From NCBI GenBank assembly GCA_048885865.1, contig JBHLLF010000002.1, positions 64,001-128,000 of the forward strand: a stretch of DNA of 64,000 bases, read 5' to 3'. The DNA is from Candidatus Hermodarchaeota archaeon. Its GTDB lineage: Archaea > Asgardarchaeota > Thorarchaeia > Thorarchaeales > Thorarchaeaceae. Shown here one piece after another: positions 58,686 through 64,000 of the stretch. The translations under genes were made by a program, and so were the position numbers. Positions within the stretch are counted from its first letter, which is position 1. Each line of letters opens with the position of its first letter. The notes beneath the pieces were generated by a model. The model had not been told where the DNA came from, did not search any database, and worked only from the letters and a program-made list of their open reading frames with translations.

Positions 58686-59402
58686 ATGGCTGAGCAGTTC
58701 CTAAGTCGCCTCCAAGATATTGAGAAGGCCATTGCGGGCCTAGATGACACTTTGAAGCGTATGGTGACAATTCTAGCGAATATGGATGAGATTCGTTCTG
58801 ATATCAGACTTACCAAAGACGAACTCCTAGACGCTATCAAAGCAATGCCTGCTCCAAGTTCAGACTCTGGAGGCAACTTGGATCACGTTGCTGATCTTGT
58901 CAAAGGTCAATTTGACCAGATTGCTACATTCATCGGGGAAGCGGTTGAAGCCATGAAAGATGATATAGTAGATGCAATGAAGCGGATCCAGGCAGCTGCA
59001 CCACCCGCTGTTGTCACTGCACCAGCACCAGCTCCAACTGCTGTTCCCGCTCCAGCTGCACCAGCACCAGCTCCTGAACCTGAGATTGTCGTAACTCAAC
59101 CTACACCAGCGCCAGTTACCGTGACAGTTCCAGCTGATAAAGCCATGATGATAGCTGATGAGCTAGACAACATCGTCGCAAGTCTGAAGATGGGCTGTAA
59201 AGCAGGGGATGTTCTTGACCAGATGGACGACTCAAAAGCTAATATTCTGAAATTTGTTGAGAGCGATCCGGTCATGATAAAGATCGATCAGTGGAAGGGA
59301 ATAGTGGGAGCATATCCTAAGAGGAAGGAGCTGCAGGCACGAGATATCCTCAAGATTAAGAAGGGGATACGAGCAGAAATTCCCAAATATCGCCCCGCAT
59401 AA
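58686..59402 (+). CDS. Coiled-coil + Pro/Ala linker + Vps28-C-terminal-like helical bundle protein
   Basis: N-terminal heptads; PAPAP linker; C-terminal SLKMGCKAGDVL...KIDQW...L...DI. Confidence 0.7.
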   Translation: MAEQFLSRLQDIEKAIAGLDDTLKRMVTILANMDEIRSDIRLTKDELLDAIKAMPAPSSDSGGNLDHVADLVKGQFDQIATFIGEAVEAMKDDIVDAMKRIQAAAPPAVVTAPAPAPTAVPAPAAPAPAPEPEIVVTQPTPAPVTVTVPADKAMMIADELDNIVASLKMGCKAGDVLDQMDDSKANILKFVESDPVMIKIDQWKGIVGAYPKRKELQARDILKIKKGIRAEIPKYRPA

Positions 59403-59458
59403 GAAGAATCAGAAATCTTGGAACCAGTCCAAGTCTGAGTGTTATTTTGAACTATGAG

Positions 59459-59629
59459 CTATTCCTTTAGGAACCTCTTGATAATTCCCTCTACAAGTTT
59501 CAAATGTTCATCATCCAGAATCGATATCTTTGAGCGTATCCAGTCTATTCGTAATTTCTTATCAACTAGAACCTGTCTACCCTTGTGCGCTACAGCTTTT
59601 CCAGAGGGTCTAGGTGATGTTTTGACCAT
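59459..59629 (-). CDS. Possible small basic protein
   Basis: MVKTSPRP... ending in an amphipathic helix pair; fills an otherwise empty gap. Confidence 0.35.
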   Translation of the reverse strand: MVKTSPRPSGKAVAHKGRQVLVDKKLRIDWIRSKISILDDEHLKLVEGIIKRFLKE

Positions 59630-59743
59630 AAAGGTTGCTATGACTATTCGAAAATAAGTAAATTCCACATGGATAAGTGACAGACCACTTTGCTAAAGAG
59701 GGTTAAAAGCTAGGATAATCTTGTCCAATTCTAGTTTGAAAAC

Positions 59744-61669
59744 ATGGAGAGCTTGCTTGGTTTGGTTGATATTCAACTTATACTAGTTGACGCCAAGGGA
59801 AACCAGAAACTTAGCCGAGTTAATAGTGAGCATGTTAGCCTTTCTTGGCGAAACATACAAGAAATTGATCTATCTCCACTCGCAGGGAATAATGACCTCA
59901 AAGAAATTCATCTTGGAGAGAATCACATAGGTACAATTGACCTATCTCCTCTATCAGATTGTCCAAACCTGCGAGTTCTTGACCTATTTGGAAACAAGCT
60001 ACAAGCTATAGATCTTAGTTCGCTTGCTTCATGTAGGAGCCTTGAGATTCTAAGACTCAGTTGGAACCAATTGAGCCGAATAGACTTGATGCAGATCAAA
60101 TCGTGCAGGAGTCTTCAAGTTCTAGACCTTTACAATAACAAAATCAAGAGTGTTGATCTATCTCCTCTTAGCTCACTCAATAATCTTAGAGAACTCCGCC
60201 TGAATGAAAACCAACTTCGCAATATTGACTTGGGACCTATACGAGTCCTCGAGTCTCTGGAAGAATTGGATTTGAGTTGGAACCAGATACGGGAACTCGA
60301 TACTTCTCCGCTGAAGCACTGTTTAAATCTGCGAACGTTAGATCTGCAGGGAAATCGGCTCGCTGGCATCGACCTTGGTCCATTGGGATTCTGTCAGAAG
60401 CTCGAAAGACTTCGCCTCTACCGAAATCTAATCAGAGGAATTGACTTGCGCCCCCTCTCTCATTGTATCAGTCTTTCAGAACTGCATTTAAGCTGGAATC
60501 AACTTGAGGCCATCGATTTGACCCCCATTGGAGCGTGTAGGAATCTGGAAGAGCTGCATTTGGACGAGAATCATCTGTCAGAAATAGATCTTGAACCTCT
60601 GGTCACATGTCACAGCTTGCAGGCTCTCCATCTGAATGGAAATCGGTTGGAACACGTGGACCTCACCTCCCTTTCTTCAGGTACCTGTCTACGAGAAATC
60701 GGCCTGAGTCATAATGCATTGCAGAAAATAGACCTCTCACCTCTCAGCTCATGCACTACAATTGAGAAGCTCGGTCTCAATAACAATCGACTCGAGAGCA
60801 TTGATCTCAAATCACTTGGAGGTCGAAGTGCTCACGGGAAAATTGACCTATACAATAATGACTTGAAGACAATTGACCTGAGTCCTTTGCTTTCGCTTGA
60901 TTATTGGACTGATGTCAACCTTGACTTGCCAGTCACAGTCACGGTGGATCCAATATTCTCTGGAGAGGATCTCAATCTCAAGCTCTCGCCTGACAGAGAT
61001 TGGAATATTCAGTGGCATGACTACCAATCGAAAATTGAGGTGGAAGGATGGGATTCGCTAAAAGCGACAGTGATTGAATATCTTGGGAGACTGGAAGGTC
61101 GCCACAAATTAGCAGGTCAGAGGAGCTTTTTGGAGGCTCTGGGCATTCCTGAGTTCAATGGTTTCGATGGCGACTTGATTCCTATCATTGAGTCTATAGA
61201 TGATATTGAGGGTTTCAGCCAACTCATTGACAATTTATACCGGATCATGGTTGAACGCCTGCGCGATCAAGTTGCATCCAAGGGAAACACCGTTCTGCTT
61301 GACGTCGAAAGGATGCGCAAAGGGATGGCAGCTGTATTAATCACTGACATTGCCAAGCGTCGCAGAGAGGAGATTCTTGAAACAGCGGTGCAAATCTCGG
61401 ATGGAATGGTGGACCTAGAGCCCCTTCTCCTCACTGCATATGGCTTTGCGATATTGACGAAATTGAAGATGCCCCTTGAAATCTCCACATGGGATTTGGA
61501 GAAGGTTCAGAAGGAATTGAGCTATATCGACCTTTCCTTCAAGACAGCGAGAGAGAAAGTGAGCGACTATCCAGTCACCACTTCTGAGGTTATGAGGCAT
61601 TATCTAAAACGAGTTTATGCCGAATCGCTGAAGCAAACACCACGAAGAGCTAAAGGGGTTTCGGAGTAA
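59744..61669 (+). CDS. Leucine-rich repeat protein (22-aa IDLSPL-type repeats) with helical C-terminal domain
   Basis: About 15-16 repeats LxxLxLxxNxLxxIDLxPL in aa ~30-385. Confidence 0.92.
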   Translation: MESLLGLVDIQLILVDAKGNQKLSRVNSEHVSLSWRNIQEIDLSPLAGNNDLKEIHLGENHIGTIDLSPLSDCPNLRVLDLFGNKLQAIDLSSLASCRSLEILRLSWNQLSRIDLMQIKSCRSLQVLDLYNNKIKSVDLSPLSSLNNLRELRLNENQLRNIDLGPIRVLESLEELDLSWNQIRELDTSPLKHCLNLRTLDLQGNRLAGIDLGPLGFCQKLERLRLYRNLIRGIDLRPLSHCISLSELHLSWNQLEAIDLTPIGACRNLEELHLDENHLSEIDLEPLVTCHSLQALHLNGNRLEHVDLTSLSSGTCLREIGLSHNALQKIDLSPLSSCTTIEKLGLNNNRLESIDLKSLGGRSAHGKIDLYNNDLKTIDLSPLLSLDYWTDVNLDLPVTVTVDPIFSGEDLNLKLSPDRDWNIQWHDYQSKIEVEGWDSLKATVIEYLGRLEGRHKLAGQRSFLEALGIPEFNGFDGDLIPIIESIDDIEGFSQLIDNLYRIMVERLRDQVASKGNTVLLDVERMRKGMAAVLITDIAKRRREEILETAVQISDGMVDLEPLLLTAYGFAILTKLKMPLEISTWDLEKVQKELSYIDLSFKTAREKVSDYPVTTSEVMRHYLKRVYAESLKQTPRRAKGVSE

Positions 61670-61680
61670 ACTGCATGGCA

Positions 61681-61941
61681 TTACCATCGTTTTCTTGTTC
61701 TGCTTCTTCGTGTTCGAGTCCATGCCTTTTTCATATGATGCGCCCGGTGTCGCGCCTGAGATGAAAACACTTGCAGGTTATTTGAGCGGTTATCCCCTCT
61801 AATCTTGTTCTTATGATGAATTACTTCATTCGAACGAAGTCGTCGGCCCAACTTCTTCTCAGCAACCCACCTGTGTACTAGCCTACCAGAATCCTTGAAA
61901 CGGAGATACCCATTGCTATCTTTGTATGTCTTTCTGCCCAT
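61681..61941 (-). CDS. Small HNH endonuclease (HNH_3-type)
   Basis: GY...VHRWVAE..LGR.L...EVIHHKN....DNR..NL. Confidence 0.85.
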   Translation of the reverse strand: MGRKTYKDSNGYLRFKDSGRLVHRWVAEKKLGRRLRSNEVIHHKNKIRGDNRSNNLQVFSSQARHRAHHMKKAWTRTRRSRTRKRW

Positions 61942-62180
61942 GTGATAGGATTATCAACATACCTAATAGTTATTGTCAATCTGAGAACAGGTGGAGAGGG
62001 CAGTCAAAATGCTTTAGTAGAGTTGTGTCAAAAAGCAATGTGGTGGGTTGCTAGCAGGGATCTGGTATTTTGCTATCAAAGATACCACACCCAACGAAGC
62101 CTTGCTGGCTCTCACCACTTTGAGCTATATACCCTCACCTAGCTACAAGTTAATCCTACATTGGCAATTTAAAGCCCTCA

Positions 62181-62582
62181 CTAGCCGGGAGCACTGTCAG
62201 CAAGATGCTTCATCGTTGCTAGAACTCGAATCACGTCACTAGTACTCACTACGCCGATAATCGAATCCCCTTCTATAACGGGAAGACACCTCACACCTGC
62301 CTGATTCATTACAGCTATGGTCTGACCTAAATCAGCATCTGGACTTATCGTAATGACAGGACTTGTCATAACATCCTCGACAGTGAGTGAACCATATGCA
62401 TCGTCCGAGAGCAGCCGTGCACCGATAATCTCTTTCCTTGTTACCATGCCTGCTAGGACATCCCCCTTCGTTACAATGAGACTGCCTATATCCTCAGCTG
62501 CCATAAGCTTCGCCGCTTCTTTTACCGGTGTTTCAGCCTCTGATGTGACAATCAGAGACGTCATGAAGTCTCGGACGCGCAC
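62181..62582 (-). CDS. CBS-domain pair protein
   Basis: VRDFMT...IGSLIV...GMVT; VEDVMTSPVITISPD...LPVI...IGVVS..D. Confidence 0.9.
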   Translation of the reverse strand: MRVRDFMTSLIVTSEAETPVKEAAKLMAAEDIGSLIVTKGDVLAGMVTRKEIIGARLLSDDAYGSLTVEDVMTSPVITISPDADLGQTIAVMNQAGVRCLPVIEGDSIIGVVSTSDVIRVLATMKHLADSAPG

Positions 62583-62616
62583 CTTTGTTCCTCCTTTGCA
62601 GTATGTGTTGAATGAG

Positions 62617-63216
62617 TTACATCTCCGAGCTCTTCTTCTCGGCTCGGGTCTGTCTCAAGACGAGCTTAGCTAGCTTGTCAAATACGTCAGTGACAGCAGC
62701 TCCTGTTTTTGCGCTCGTTTCATAGTAATCAGCTTGAAACCAGTCACGTAGCATCAACCCAGGTTCTACGGGAACTATTCTACTATCCAATAGGTCAACC
62801 TTGTTGGCTGCAATCACAACAGCCGCATTAGGACACGTTTCACGAAATGATTCGAACCAGTTGTTCATAGCCATGAATGTTTCAGGACGTGTCACATCAT
62901 ATGCAATTATAGCTCCGGATGAACCCTTCATAAACTGTCTACGCAACTCTCGATAAGTGGTCTGACCCCCCATATCCCAGACTATCAATCGTACTTGTCT
63001 GGTCTGGCCCTCATCATCAGTCACGCTAACATCCTTAGAGGCAAAGGTGGTTCCAATGGTCTGCTTATAGTCCTCGTCAAACGAGTTCTCAGTGAACCTT
63101 CTAATTAGTGAAGTCTTGCCGACGGCGGCCTCACCCAGGAGAACTACTCGGAACTTAAACTCATCAGACGAGTCGTCTGAGGAGTCTGCTGCTGAGGGTG
63201 TTGGACCTTCCGTCAT
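62617..63216 (-). CDS. Rab-like small GTPase
   Basis: GEAAVGKT, TIG, WDMGGQ, NKVD, ETSAK. Confidence 0.93.
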   Translation of the reverse strand: MTEGPTPSAADSSDDSSDEFKFRVVLLGEAAVGKTSLIRRFTENSFDEDYKQTIGTTFASKDVSVTDDEGQTRQVRLIVWDMGGQTTYRELRRQFMKGSSGAIIAYDVTRPETFMAMNNWFESFRETCPNAAVVIAANKVDLLDSRIVPVEPGLMLRDWFQADYYETSAKTGAAVTDVFDKLAKLVLRQTRAEKKSSEM

Positions 63217-63323
63217 TCATTGGTGCCCCTTTTCAGGGTGCGCTCTGCACCTGATGCCAGAATCTGTCTGCTAGTTCTTATATCTTTTCTGCGGGCAGTA
63301 GCTGAGTGGTCTAATTGACCCCG

Positions 63324-64000
63324 CTACCATTTGCCATCCCTTGGAAGGAATATCTCAAAGGCCAAAGTGGGAGTACCCAGCTCAAGATTGGCGAGAACTT
63401 CTGGAGATACCTCACCAAACAAGCCAATTGGTTCCCCATCCAGTAGAATGTCTGCACTTCTTCCCTCGATGAAGGTCGGATCCTCTCTTCTTCTATAGGC
63501 AAACCGGCCATCCAATCCCAAGTTCCTTAGGAGGAATCCAATATCAGTTGCCATATTTGTGATGTTGACAGCTGTGTCTGTAACAAGTCCACACACAGAT
63601 GGGATTTGCTGTATTCGAGTTTCCATCATCTCATCAGGAATAGCAACATCTCCAACCTCGAAGATTTTCTGTGGATATTCCGCATGCTGATTTTGAGCAG
63701 CAAAGCCAAGAGCAATTGGGAGAAGTGAGTTCCTCAGAACTGAATAATCCCTGCTTTTGGGATTACCAGTGACAACCAATGGTCGGTCTCTGAGCACCTT
63801 CTTATTCAATAGTTCTGGCGAACTCATGATGTAACTCATAATCTCTTGATATCCTACTCCAACCATGAGGTCACGGACCTTATTCCTCATTCCAGTCACT
63901 GGCTTCGCTTTGCCGGTAGTCATCGTCTGTGGCATGGCGGGTACTATTCTATCGAAACCATAGCCAATTGCTATATCTTCAATGATATCGACAGGGTGCA
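63324..64000 (-). CDS. pheT: Phenylalanine--tRNA ligase beta subunit (archaeal type), 5'-truncated
   Basis: HPVDIIEDIAIGYG at the window edge, NPKS..Y..LRNSLLP, PQKIFEVG, FIEGR, GEVSPEVL. Confidence 0.93.
   Translation of the reverse strand, partial: HPVDIIEDIAIGYGFDRIVPAMPQTMTTGKAKPVTGMRNKVRDLMVGVGYQEIMSYIMSSPELLNKKVLRDRPLVVTGNPKSRDYSVLRNSLLPIALGFAAQNQHAEYPQKIFEVGDVAIPDEMMETRIQQIPSVCGLVTDTAVNITNMATDIGFLLRNLGLDGRFAYRRREDPTFIEGRSADILLDGEPIGLFGEVSPEVLANLELGTPTLAFEIFLPRDGKW

Noticed and set aside
61681-61941. HNH gene as evidence of an intron or mobile element
   Set aside because: No interrupted host gene, terminal repeats, integrase or transposase seen
1-64000. CRISPR arrays, rRNA, complete tRNA genes, in-frame UGA selenoproteins
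   Set aside because: None seen by eye; the only repeats found are coding (LRR, TPR, TTPP, PAPA, Lys-rich)

Overview
Gene-dense archaeal chromosomal segment of about 55 CDS, with no rRNA, canonical tRNA, CRISPR array or transposase recognised. The gene set points to an Asgard archaeon, most likely Thorarchaeia (inference): RadA, Topo VI A/B, geranylgeranyl reductase, CofE and archaeal PheT, together with two Rab-like GTPases, a roadblock protein, an 'IDLSPL' LRR protein and a bacterial-type grpE-dnaK-dnaJ operon. Most of the window is housekeeping or metabolic. Four observations stand out. (1) A ~340-nt, heavily base-paired non-coding element at ~35370-35711 has its own TATA box and ends in a tRNA-like acceptor/T-arm minihelix; it does not match the motifs of RNase P, SRP, 5S or tRNA. 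(2) A membrane-anchored subtilase appears to have the full domain order of eukaryotic site-1 protease (MBTPS1/SKI-1). (3) Topo VI subunit A (the Spo11 homolog) carries an H1-like basic tail and two RadA-N-like HhH modules. (4) A coiled-coil protein ends in a Vps28-CTD-like helical bundle and is divergently paired with a Rab-like GTPase. All homology calls were made by eye from motifs; no searches were run.
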